Source of the DNA: Senegalimassilia sp.
GTDB lineage: Bacteria; Bacteroidota; Bacteroidia; Bacteroidales; Muribaculaceae
Length of the DNA stretch: 26,636 nt
Direction of reading: 5' to 3'
Assembly: GCA_963590085.1 (NCBI GenBank)
Contig: CAVAOU010000001.1
Coordinates: forward strand, 1-26,636
The translations under genes were made by a program, and so were the position numbers. The notes beneath the pieces are model-generated. The model was not told where the DNA came from. It did not search any database and saw nothing but the letters and a program-made list of their open reading frames with translations. How positions within the stretch are numbered: position 1 is the stretch's first letter; every line of letters starts with the position of its first letter. Positions 1-7,911 of the stretch are shown piece by piece.

Positions 1-536
1 TTACTGGTGTCTGCTGAAAGAATTCTCTCACAAAGGGTTTCACATTTTCGTGCCGTTGCATTGTTTAATAGCTGATTGACCAATGTTAATATAACTTGTA
101 ATGCTTGCTCTTGCTCTCTGTCGGCCATTGATATCCCGAATGAATATTTTGCTCGTCCAACAAGTTTGTCCAGAGTACGGCCTGAACGATAAATAGCATC
201 ACCGTCCATCATGTCTAACCCACGGTCAATTGTCTTCATTTCACCAATACCGATTGCAATTCGAAGACCATACCTATTAAACCGTTTGTCATTCGGCATA
301 TTGTTTGGTTCAAAGGATTTAACCCACGTTTTCAGAATAAGGGCTACTTCAAAAGCATCCTCAGGTCTGTCCATGACACATTCGATAGAGTCGCCTCTAA
401 CAATTCGTCCCCAAAAGCCTTGATAACGCTTTTCGAGGATAGATAGGCACTCCCTCAACTTTTCATTGAGTTCAATCATCGATTCCCGAGAGAGAGAAGT
501 TGATGAAACTACATCAGCAGATATTGCAGCATACAT
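1..536 (-). CDS. SatD-family protein, 3'-partial (runs off the left edge; absent from the ORF track)
   Basis: Manual translation from ATG at 536: MYAAISADVVSSTSLSRESMIELNEKLRECLSILEKRYQGFWGRIVRGDSIECVM...YGLRIAIGIGEM...MMDGDAIYRSGRTLD. The frame is open to position 1. The 'ADVVSST', 'RGDSIE', 'RIAIGIG' and 'DGDAIYRSG' motifs are typical of the SatD family. Visibly more AT-rich than the neighbouring genes. Confidence 0.8.
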   Translation of the reverse strand, partial: MYAAISADVVSSTSLSRESMIELNEKLRECLSILEKRYQGFWGRIVRGDSIECVMDRPEDAFEVALILKTWVKSFEPNNMPNDKRFNRYGLRIAIGIGEMKTIDRGLDMMDGDAIYRSGRTLDKLVGRAKYSFGISMADREQEQALQVILTLVNQLLNNATARKCETLCERILSADTS

Positions 537-555
537 ATATTCGATATTTTATCGG

Positions 556-629
556 CAAACGCATTGGCTTGTTTGTTTTAGAAACAAGCTTATTCGCTTG
601 TTTTGGATAAATACAAGCTTATTCACTTG
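556..629. promoter_or_regulatory. Three palindromic operator-like repeats CAAGC-N6-GCTTG at a 29-bp period
   Basis: caaac-gcattg-gcttg 556-571; caagc-ttattc-gcttg 585-600 (extends to the perfect aaacaagc-N6-gcttgttt, 582-603); caagc-ttattc-acttg 614-629. Confidence 0.7.
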
Positions 630-637
630 CAAAGATA
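630..637 (-). promoter_or_regulatory. Bacteroidetes sigma-70 -7 element (TATCTTTG) for the SatD gene
   Basis: caaagata on + reads TATCTTTG on -, about 95 nt upstream of the ATG at 536. The -33 element is not canonical. Confidence 0.6.
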
Positions 638-696
638 CTATCTTTCTCGAATTGAGAGTATAAAATCGTCTTTTTGCGTGTAATTTAAGCAAATTT

Positions 697-1965
697 TTAT
701 TTCACGGAGAGCAGTTTGTGGCCGGCTTGGCAGTAGAGGCATTTGCGGGGGAGGCAGTAGGCGTTGCGCAGTTGGATTGCTGCCTGCGAGGTGAGGGCGT
801 TGTCAATCTTCATGCCGGCGCGGGCAAACATCGTGGTGATGTGGTTGCTTTCGGGCTTGAGCGCCTCAAGCAGCGAGATGGCGCGCTCCGCCCAGTCGTA
901 GTCGTCGGCAATCTCCGAATAGGCGTAGTAGAGCGGCGCTACGGTGTTGATGAGCACGATGTCGACGCTGCCGCGCCCCAGGGCGGTCTGCGTCTCGCCA
1001 CTCTCGTGGCCGAAGGTGTAGTGGTTGCTCCAATAGCCCGTGAGCGCCACGCCGAAGAGTTCGCGCAGTTGCTTCTCGTTGCCGTGCGTGGCGAGGATGT
1101 CGGCCATCAGGCGGAAGCCGCCATGCACATAGTGGGCAAGCAGCGCTATGCGCCGCCACGGGAAGTTTTGCGGACGCATGCGGAACGCCTTCCAGGCGAG
1201 TCCTTCGGGTCGCCGCAGGGAGAACTTGGTGGCAAGAAACGAGTATTCGCGCTGCAGTTGCTCCTGATAGCGGTCGGTGGCAGGGCCGTCGAGCAGTCCT
1301 GCCTGCCCGAAGAAGAGCGCTTCGAGTTGCAGCAGCGAGTCGGAGTGTTTGTGCAGGAGGTTGAGTGGCAGACTCTTGGCGAGGAGTTCGAAGGCGTCGC
1401 TGTTGGTGCCGAAGCCGATGGTGCGCGCCAAGGTAACGTAGCAGGTGTCCTCCCAACTGCCGTGGTAGCGCTCCAGCAGAGCCTTCACCCGCCGGCTCTT
1501 GTCGGCGAGGCGCTCAAACACGAGCGACTGTATCCACTCTGCCGTCTCGAGGCCATTCATCGAGGCAATCACCGCCTTACACGGCAGTTCCACCTTCGCG
1601 TTGACGAGGCTCGAATAGCGGTCGGCAATGTCGGCGGTGCACTCCATCACCATCTGCGGTATGCGTTCGCCGTTGGCGCGCGTCACGGCGGCATCGTCCT
1701 TCGCCACCACGTGGAGCACCACGGAGTCGTAGGCGCGGTCGTCGTCGTGGCCGTGGCGGTGCCAGTCGGAGGCTCGGTAGTGGATTTCCACATTGCCAGC
1801 CCATAGGCAGCCGTCAATCTCCACTTTTGCGTTGAAGAAGTCGGGACCCGCATCGGTGTTGCGCCGGCCGGGGTCGATCACCCGCACCGGGCGACCGTCG
1901 TTGGTGGCAAGCGGACGCGTGCCCCATAGGCGGTGTTCCCACATGTATTGCATCAGCATCTCCAT
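697..1965 (-). CDS. DUF2851 family protein
   Basis: True start is most likely MEMLMQYMWEHRLW at 1965. The ORF-track extension to 2748 overlaps the epimerase out of frame. Motifs NTDAGPDFFNAKV, WAGNVEIH, DWHRHGHDDDRAYDSVVLHVV, RMRPQNFPWRRIA and C-terminal CLPRKCLYC match the Bacteroidetes DUF2851 family. Confidence 0.88.
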   Translation of the reverse strand: MEMLMQYMWEHRLWGTRPLATNDGRPVRVIDPGRRNTDAGPDFFNAKVEIDGCLWAGNVEIHYRASDWHRHGHDDDRAYDSVVLHVVAKDDAAVTRANGERIPQMVMECTADIADRYSSLVNAKVELPCKAVIASMNGLETAEWIQSLVFERLADKSRRVKALLERYHGSWEDTCYVTLARTIGFGTNSDAFELLAKSLPLNLLHKHSDSLLQLEALFFGQAGLLDGPATDRYQEQLQREYSFLATKFSLRRPEGLAWKAFRMRPQNFPWRRIALLAHYVHGGFRLMADILATHGNEKQLRELFGVALTGYWSNHYTFGHESGETQTALGRGSVDIVLINTVAPLYYAYSEIADDYDWAERAISLLEALKPESNHITTMFARAGMKIDNALTSQAAIQLRNAYCLPRKCLYCQAGHKLLSVK

Positions 1966-1991
1966 GGCGTCAAGGTTTTTTTGTCGTGGGG

Positions 1992-3002
1992 TTATATCCA
2001 GCCGTTGTCGCGGTACCACTCGATGGCTTCCTCCAGGCCGGCACGCAGGTCGTAGCGCGGAGTGTAGCCGAAATCGTTCACGGCGTCGGAGATGTCGCAG
2101 GTCCAGTTGCGCTGGCGCAGGATGATGTACTTGTCGCGGTTGAGGGTGCTCGCCTTGCCTCTGGCGGCGGCGATGCGCTCTGCCACGGCACACACTATCT
2201 TCACCATCCACAGCGGTGCCTTGACGGGCACCACGAAGCGCTTGTGCAGCAGTTGCTTCACGATGGCGCGAAACTCGCTCTGCGAGTAGGTCTTGCCGTC
2301 GGTGAGCAGATACGACTTGCGGCGCACGCCCGACTCCAGAGCGTCGAACACCGCCGAGGCGAGGTCCTTCACATAGATGAAGGTGAGCATCTGCCGGCGG
2401 TAGCCCACGCTGAAGTCGAAGCCCTTGCGTATGGACTCGATCATCAGAAAATAGTCGCGTTCGCGCGGGCCGTAGACACCCGTGGGGCGCATGGCAATGT
2501 AGGGAAAGTCGGTGAGCGACTGCAGATAGGTCTCCGCCTTGAGCTTGGAGAGGCCGTAGCGGGTGTTGGCCATCGGCACGCTCTTCGAGGTGAACGGTGT
2601 GTAGCCTTTTTCGTCGCCCAGGCCGAGCACGCTCATCGAACTCATCATCACGAAGCCGTCGGGCACAGCGTCGAGCGCCGTCAGGGTGTCGACAAAGAGA
2701 CGGATATATCCGTAGTTGATGCGGTTGAAGTCGCCGAAGTTGGCGCATTTGGTGGCACCGAGGTTATGCACCACGTAGTCCCACTTGCCGTGGGCGGCGA
2801 GTTCGTCGGCGAGCGTGGCGCGGAACTTCTCCTCGTCGTTGAAGTCCAGTTCCACGAAGCGTATGCGCTCGTCCTGCAGATATTTGCGCGAGGTGGTGGC
2901 TCTCACCGCCGCCCACACGTCGTAGCCGCGGCGCAGGGCCTCCTCGACGATAAATCCGCCGATAAATCCGCCGGCGCCTGTAATCAGTACTTTCTTTGTC
3001 AT
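1992..3002 (-). CDS. NAD(P)-dependent epimerase/dehydratase (extended SDR)
   Basis: Rossmann motif VLITGAGGFIG, catalytic YGLSK (YxxxK), RPTGVYGP. Start probably MTKKVL at 3002 (alternative 3023). Confidence 0.9.
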   Translation of the reverse strand: MTKKVLITGAGGFIGGFIVEEALRRGYDVWAAVRATTSRKYLQDERIRFVELDFNDEEKFRATLADELAAHGKWDYVVHNLGATKCANFGDFNRINYGYIRLFVDTLTALDAVPDGFVMMSSMSVLGLGDEKGYTPFTSKSVPMANTRYGLSKLKAETYLQSLTDFPYIAMRPTGVYGPRERDYFLMIESIRKGFDFSVGYRRQMLTFIYVKDLASAVFDALESGVRRKSYLLTDGKTYSQSEFRAIVKQLLHKRFVVPVKAPLWMVKIVCAVAERIAAARGKASTLNRDKYIILRQRNWTCDISDAVNDFGYTPRYDLRAGLEEAIEWYRDNGWI

Positions 3003-3030
3003 TCCTGTAGCATTGTGTGGCACGATTAGG

Positions 3031-4833
3031 TCAAATCATGCTCAAACGGTATTTCTTTATGAATTCCAGCACCTTGGGGTTGCGCTGGGCTGCTTCCATC
3101 ATCAGTTCGCGCTGGGTCCACACCTTCTCTTCGGGGCGGCGCTCCATCACCTTGACGGTGAGCATCACGTTGTCGTTTTTCAGCGTGCCGCGGATGGACT
3201 GCAGAATGTCGTGCATCATCGATTCCATCTTCTCTTTCTGCGCAGGGTTGCTCACGCTAAACACGTAGTTGTCGCCGTCCGTGCGCTCGGGGAAGCCCAT
3301 GATCATGGCGTTGTAGAGGAGCGACTCCTTCTTGTGGGCGCGCACGTAGATGCGCCAACTTTCCTTGAAGTCCTCGTCGGAGTATGCCTCGGCGCGGTGG
3401 CCTACGGGCTGCTGGGGAGCGGCGGCCTGGCTTTGCGCGGCGGCAGGTGCGGGTGCGGGATGGCCCGACAGCGTGGCTTTTATCGACACCGTGTTGAGTC
3501 CGGCAACGCGCAACCCGCCAGTGGCGGCTGTGGTGCGGACAATGGGGCGTTGGGCGGCTGCCTGTACGGGCGCTGCCTGAGGTTTGGGAGTCTGGGGTTG
3601 GGTTGCCTGAGGTTGAGGCTGTGCCTGCACTCTCGGAGCGGCCTGGGGCGCTGGTTGCGCTTGTGGCTGTGGTGCTGCCGGAGCGGTGCTTGGCGCTAAC
3701 TTCTTCAACTGTTGTTGTTGAGGTTGTGCAGGGGCCTCATCGCTAAAAAGCTGGCAAATCTTTATCAGTGTCAGTTCGACGATGAAACGCTTGTTGGTGG
3801 CGCTGTTGTAACTGAGGTCGCACGTGTTGCAGAGGTCCATCGCCGCATAGAGTTTGGAGAGCGGACATTTGGCGGCCTGCTGCTTGTAGCGCTCGGCAAT
3901 CTCGCCGGTGGCTTCCATCAGCGGAACGAGTTCGGGCGAATGTGCCACTACGAGTTCGCGCATGTGGGAGGCTACGCCGTTGACAAACACTTTCGAGTCG
4001 AAGCCGTGGTCGCGCACCTCCTTGTAGATGAGCAGCGACTGTTCCACGTTGCCGGCGGCGAAGGCGTCGACAAGGCGGAAATAGTAGTCGTAGTCGAGGA
4101 TGTTGAGGTTGTCGATGGCGGCGTGGTATGTGATGTTGCCCAATGACGCGGCTGCCACCTGGTCGAAGATCGACAGGGCGTCGCGCATGGCGCCGTCGGC
4201 CTTCTGCGCTATCACGTTGAGCGCTTCCGGCTCGGTGGTGTAGCCCTCGTGGTCGGCAACATATTTCAGTTGCTCGGCGATGTCGGCGGGCGTGATGCGC
4301 TGGAAGTCGTATTTCTGGCATCGCGACAGGATGGTGGGCAGGATTTTCTGCCGCTCGGTCGTCGCGAGGATGAAAATCACATATTTCGGCGGCTCTTCAA
4401 GCGTCTTCAGAAACGCGTTGAAGGCGGCTGTGGAAAGCATGTGGACCTCATCGACGATAAACACGCGGTAGCGACCCGTGACTGGCGGGATGAGCACCTG
4501 CTCGGTGAGTTGACGGATGTCGTCGACGCTGTTGTTCGACGCGGCGTCGAGTTCGATGATGTTGAGCGACCGCTGCTCGTTGAAGGCCCGGCACGATTCG
4601 CACTCGTTGCAGGGCTCTCCGTCGGCAGTGAGATGCTCACAGTTGATGGCCTTGGCGAAGATGCGCGCCATGGTGGTCTTGCCCACGCCGCGCTGTCCGC
4701 AGAACAGGTAGGAATGGGCGAGCCGTCCCGACTTGATGGCATTCTTGAGGGTGTTGACGAGCGCGTGCTGACCAACCACCGATTTGAACGTCGCCGGGCG
4801 GTATTTCCTTGCCGATACGATATAACTTTCCAT
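3031..4833 (-). CDS. dnaX: DNA polymerase III subunit gamma/tau
   Basis: SARKYRP, Walker A GQRGVGKT, Zn module C-x9-CNECESC, ELDAASNNSVDDIR, IVDEVHMLS, LKTLEEPP, ILSRCQ; Pro/Gln/Ala-rich linker followed by a C-terminal tau domain. Confidence 0.97.
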   Translation of the reverse strand: MESYIVSARKYRPATFKSVVGQHALVNTLKNAIKSGRLAHSYLFCGQRGVGKTTMARIFAKAINCEHLTADGEPCNECESCRAFNEQRSLNIIELDAASNNSVDDIRQLTEQVLIPPVTGRYRVFIVDEVHMLSTAAFNAFLKTLEEPPKYVIFILATTERQKILPTILSRCQKYDFQRITPADIAEQLKYVADHEGYTTEPEALNVIAQKADGAMRDALSIFDQVAAASLGNITYHAAIDNLNILDYDYYFRLVDAFAAGNVEQSLLIYKEVRDHGFDSKVFVNGVASHMRELVVAHSPELVPLMEATGEIAERYKQQAAKCPLSKLYAAMDLCNTCDLSYNSATNKRFIVELTLIKICQLFSDEAPAQPQQQQLKKLAPSTAPAAPQPQAQPAPQAAPRVQAQPQPQATQPQTPKPQAAPVQAAAQRPIVRTTAATGGLRVAGLNTVSIKATLSGHPAPAPAAAQSQAAAPQQPVGHRAEAYSDEDFKESWRIYVRAHKKESLLYNAMIMGFPERTDGDNYVFSVSNPAQKEKMESMMHDILQSIRGTLKNDNVMLTVKVMERRPEEKVWTQRELMMEAAQRNPKVLEFIKKYRLSMI

Positions 4834-4837
4834 ACGG

Positions 4838-4845
4838 CAAAGTTA
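4838..4845 (-). promoter_or_regulatory. -7 promoter element (TAACTTTG) 4 nt before the dnaX ATG
   Basis: Minus strand reads TAACTTTG-CCGT-ATG. Confidence 0.6.
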
Positions 4846-4868
4846 ACCTTTTTTTCTGCTCGGCGAAC

Positions 4869-5285
4869 TTATTTGCGGTGTTTTTTGTAGTACGCCAATC
4901 CGCGTTTCACGTTTTCCTTTACGGCGTTGCTGGAATAGGTTGCGCCGCTCACGGCGTCGACTTCCATCTTGGTGGCTGCCTTCACGCTGTTGCCGTTCCA
5001 CTTGTCGAGCAGCGAGCGCTTCACGCGGGCAAAGATGCTCCGTGTTTCCTGGTTGGGCAGGGCTTCGATCTTGACCACCTTGTCGTTCTTGATGTAGATT
5101 TTCAGAGGCGTGGCGCCTGCGTAGCCCTTGACCGAGCCGGCGAGCGTGGTGGTGTTCACCACATAGGTGCCGTCGGAGGTGCGGGTCATCACCTCGTCGG
5201 CCTTGCCTGCCGAGGTCATTGCCACAGTAGCCACCGTGGCTGCGGCGGCGAGGGCGATGCCGAGAATTGCTTTTTTCGCTTTCAT
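4869..5285 (-). CDS. Exported FMN-binding domain protein
   Basis: N-terminal signal/anchor, 'VKGYAG', 'NQET', and the flavinylation motif 'VDAVSGATYSS'. Confidence 0.88.
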   Translation of the reverse strand: MKAKKAILGIALAAAATVATVAMTSAGKADEVMTRTSDGTYVVNTTTLAGSVKGYAGATPLKIYIKNDKVVKIEALPNQETRSIFARVKRSLLDKWNGNSVKAATKMEVDAVSGATYSSNAVKENVKRGLAYYKKHRK

Positions 5286-5324
5286 TTTTCCGTTTATGTG
5301 TTTGTAGATTGTGATTGTTTGCCG

Positions 5325-5840
5325 CTATTCTTCGCTGAGTATGCCCAGCAGTTCCTTCACCTCGTAGTTGGTGAGGCGGCGGCTGTCTTTGAGGCGCGCG
5401 GCAAACGACTGGGCGATGGTGCGGACGGACTGGTTGCTGAACACCTGCTCCAGGTAGCCGTAGGTTTCCTGAAAGAGTTGGCGTATCTCGTCGTCCTCCA
5501 ACTGGCACGACCGCTTGCCTTCTTCTGCCACCTCGGCGAAGATGGCCTTCTTGGCGTCGACATAGCGGAAGGGCTTCTTTGCGGTGAGGGAGCGGCTCAT
5601 GAGGTTGGCTATGAGCATGCCCACGGTCATCTGGTAGTGCTTCAGCGTGGCGTGCCACGAGTCTACGGGCGACAACGCTGGGTTGCCGCTGAAGTAATAG
5701 TCGGGAGTGAATGAGATGTAGTCTCCGTCCTCGTTGTCGAGGTCAATCTGGTAGAGGAGTCCCTCGCCGTTCCATATCGATATGCCTATCGCCATTCCGG
5801 CGATGCCTAAACATTTGTCGTCTTCGTCGTTATATTTCAT
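5325..5840 (-). CDS. Hypothetical protein resembling a degenerate peptidase M41 (FtsH protease) domain
   Basis: 171 aa; ATGA overlap with the patB stop. C-terminal 'DDEIRQLFQETY...IAQSFAARLKDSRRLTNYEVKELL' resembles the M41 C-terminus. No HExxH motif. Confidence 0.7.
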   Translation of the reverse strand: MKYNDEDDKCLGIAGMAIGISIWNGEGLLYQIDLDNEDGDYISFTPDYYFSGNPALSPVDSWHATLKHYQMTVGMLIANLMSRSLTAKKPFRYVDAKKAIFAEVAEEGKRSCQLEDDEIRQLFQETYGYLEQVFSNQSVRTIAQSFAARLKDSRRLTNYEVKELLGILSEE

Positions 5841-7027
5841 TTTGATTGTAGTTCTTTATGCTTTGCAACGGCCTCTGCCAGTTGCTTCATGGCCTGCTCG
5901 AGCACCGAGCGCGGGCAGCCTACGTTGAGGCGCATGTGGCACTCGCCGCCGGGGCCGAAGATCTCGCCGTCGTTGAGCCCGAGATGCGCTCCCTCGGTGA
6001 AGAGATCCGTCAGTTCGCGTCCCTGCAGTCTCAATCCCTTGCAGTCGAGCCACACGAGGAACGATGCCTGTGGGCGTACGGACTTGATTTCGGGTATGCG
6101 CTCGCCCAGGAATTTCTCCACGTAGAGCACATTGCCCTCGATGTAGGCGATGGCCTCGCTGAGCCATTGGCTGCCGTGGCGGTAGGCGGCTTCGGTGGCG
6201 ATGGTCTGCACGAAGGTGGGCGAGTTGAACTCGTTGACCGTGAGCCATGTGTAGAAGCGGCGGCGCAGCGTGGGGTTCTTCACCGCGCACCACGAACTGA
6301 CGATGCCGGCGATGTTGAAGGTCTTCGACGGGGCGCTGAACGAGATGCCCGTTTCCCGCGCCTTGTCCGACACGGAGAGGTATGGGGTGTAGCGGTTGCC
6401 AAACAGTTCGAGGTCGCCGTGGATCTCGTCGCTCGCCACAATCACGCCGTGGCGGGCGCACACCTCGGCAACGCTTGCCAGCGCCTCGCGGCTCCACACG
6501 AAGCCTCCGGGGTTGTGGGGGTTGCAGAGTATGAGCATCTTCGCCTGCTCGTCCTCTATCTGCTTCTCCAGCAGGGCGATGTCCATCTCCGCCGAGCCGT
6601 CGGGGGAGATGCGTAGCGGGTTGTTGACCACCTTGCGGCCGTTGCCCTCAATGATATGGCGGAACGGATGGTAGACGGGCTGTTGGATTATCACCTTGTC
6701 GCCTTTTTCGGTCAGCGCCAACAGTGCCATGGCGAGACCGCGCACAATGCCCGGCACGAAGGTGATTTCTTCCTTCGTCACCGTGAGGCCGTGGCGGCTC
6801 TCCGACCAGTCGATGATCGACTGCCAGTAACTGTCGGGCGTCGTGGCGTAGCCAAACACCGGGTGCTCAAGGCGCCGGCGCAATGCCTCCGTGATGGCGG
6901 GGCACACCTCGAAGTCCATGTCAGCGACCCACAGTGGAATAAGGTCGTCGCGTCCGAAAAATTCGGCCATACCGTCGTGCTTCATGCAGTCGGTGTGGCG
7001 GCGGTCGATAATCTTGTCAAAGTCCAT
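5837..7027 (-). CDS. patB: MalY/PatB family PLP-dependent C-S lyase / aminotransferase
   Basis: IPLWVADMDF, HPVFGY, LCNPHNPGG, SDEIHGDL, PLP-lysine motif APSKTFNIAG, RLNVGCPRS. Confidence 0.93.
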   Translation of the reverse strand: MDFDKIIDRRHTDCMKHDGMAEFFGRDDLIPLWVADMDFEVCPAITEALRRRLEHPVFGYATTPDSYWQSIIDWSESRHGLTVTKEEITFVPGIVRGLAMALLALTEKGDKVIIQQPVYHPFRHIIEGNGRKVVNNPLRISPDGSAEMDIALLEKQIEDEQAKMLILCNPHNPGGFVWSREALASVAEVCARHGVIVASDEIHGDLELFGNRYTPYLSVSDKARETGISFSAPSKTFNIAGIVSSWCAVKNPTLRRRFYTWLTVNEFNSPTFVQTIATEAAYRHGSQWLSEAIAYIEGNVLYVEKFLGERIPEIKSVRPQASFLVWLDCKGLRLQGRELTDLFTEGAHLGLNDGEIFGPGGECHMRLNVGCPRSVLEQAMKQLAEAVAKHKELQSK

Positions 7028-7037
7028 AGTGTTTATC

Positions 7038-7664
7038 TTATTTCACAGGTTTAGGCCCGTATTGGTTGGTGCCCTGGTCACCGCTGATTGCCCACCAGTA
7101 GATGAGGATGAGTCCGACAATCGGGATGATGCTCAGGAGTTGGAACCATCCGCTGCGGCCTGTGTCGTGCAAGCGGCGTGAACCTACTGCAAGCGATGGC
7201 AGGAAGGTTACGATGCAGCCGAAGCCATAGGTAAGGGTTGAAACGATGAATGTGAACAGCACGAACCACCAGAATTCGGCTTGCGAAGCGCGGCCGTCGA
7301 AGTCGGCAAACTTGCTGAAGCACACCTTAATCGATTCGCCGAAGCCCATCGACTGCGGATGCTGCTGATAGCCGTTCGGCTGATATTGCTGTTGATAGCC
7401 TTGCTGATATTGTTGCTGCTGGTAACCCTGTTGTTGATAGCCTTGCTGATATTGTTGTTGTTGATAGCCCTGCGGCTGTGCAGGAGGCACTACGGGCGGC
7501 ACCTGATTGAACAGTTGAGCCACTTCCGGCACTTGTGTTGCTGGCAACCAGTTTGCCATGCCTTCACACCACACCAACGAACTCTGGTTGAGGCCATTGG
7601 CAAGCAGATCCTGTACGTCGAACGGTCCAATCTGCTGACCGTTGTTGGCGATGTAATACTTCAT
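7038..7664 (-). CDS. GYF_2 (DUF4339) + DUF805 membrane protein with Q/Y/G-rich linker
   Basis: N-terminal YYIANNGQQIGPF...LVWCEGMANW (GYF_2); C-terminal FSKFADFDGRASQAEFWWF...RRLHDTGRSGW...NQYGP (DUF805). Confidence 0.9.
   Translation of the reverse strand: MKYYIANNGQQIGPFDVQDLLANGLNQSSLVWCEGMANWLPATQVPEVAQLFNQVPPVVPPAQPQGYQQQQYQQGYQQQGYQQQQYQQGYQQQYQPNGYQQHPQSMGFGESIKVCFSKFADFDGRASQAEFWWFVLFTFIVSTLTYGFGCIVTFLPSLAVGSRRLHDTGRSGWFQLLSIIPIVGLILIYWWAISGDQGTNQYGPKPVK
7378..7469 (-). repeat. Coding low-complexity tandem repeat (GYQQQQYQQ / GYQQQ units)
   Basis: tgttgatagccttgctgatattgttg occurs at 7390 and 7432 (42-bp period), with shorter partial copies flanking. Confidence 0.8.
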
Positions 7665-7726
7665 AGTCTTTGTGCTTAACGGTTAATAATAATCTAAAGG
7701 ATAGTGTTGTACCCCATACATTGCAA

Positions 7727-7758
7727 CAAATTTAGTCAATCCCCTCCGCCCTGCCAAA
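7727..7758 (-). promoter_or_regulatory. Bacteroidetes promoter for the DUF805-patB unit
   Basis: Minus strand TTTG (7758-7755) - N20 - TAAATTTG (7734-7727). Confidence 0.7.
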
Positions 7759-7786
7759 TTCCACCCCCAGAAAAAAGCGAAAATGT

Positions 7787-7818
7787 TTTGGATTTTAAGA
7801 AGATTGACAATATCTTTG
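7787..7818 (+). promoter_or_regulatory. Bacteroidetes promoter for the AAA/DUF4143 gene
   Basis: TTTG (7787-7790) - N20 - TATCTTTG (7811-7818), matching the consensus. Confidence 0.75.
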
Positions 7819-7877
7819 TTGAGGATTTTCATGGAATATTCTCAGTAGTGTTGAGGATTTTCACTGAAAATCCTCAA
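7819..7877. promoter_or_regulatory. Tandem 27-bp palindromic operator-like sites (32-bp period)
   Basis: ttgaggattttc-atg-gaatattctcag 7819-7845 (imperfect); ttgaggattttca-c-tgaaaatcctcaa 7851-7877 (perfect 13-bp arms). Confidence 0.75.
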
Positions 7878-7911
7878 TAGGAACGGTGCTTTTATAATAA
7901 AAAATAAAGAT

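Noticed and set aside
1966..2748. N-terminal extension of the 683-aa ORF
   Set aside because: It is an out-of-frame overlap with the epimerase; DUF2851 similarity starts at Met 1965.
2949..2972. Perfect 12-bp tandem repeat gataaatccgcc x2
   Set aside because: It encodes GGFIGGFI of the Rossmann motif, and the motif length is normal.
3741..3752. Possible dnaX -1 frameshift site (CTT TTT AGC gives TAG in the -1 frame) near the end of domain III
   Set aside because: It is not an X XXY YYZ heptamer or a long A-run, and I saw no clear stimulatory element. Insufficient support.
7818..7877. Mini-CRISPR interpretation of the GTTGAGGATTTTCA repeats (also considered for 556-629)
   Set aside because: There are only 2-3 short units, the 'spacers' are themselves the complementary arms, and no cas genes are present.
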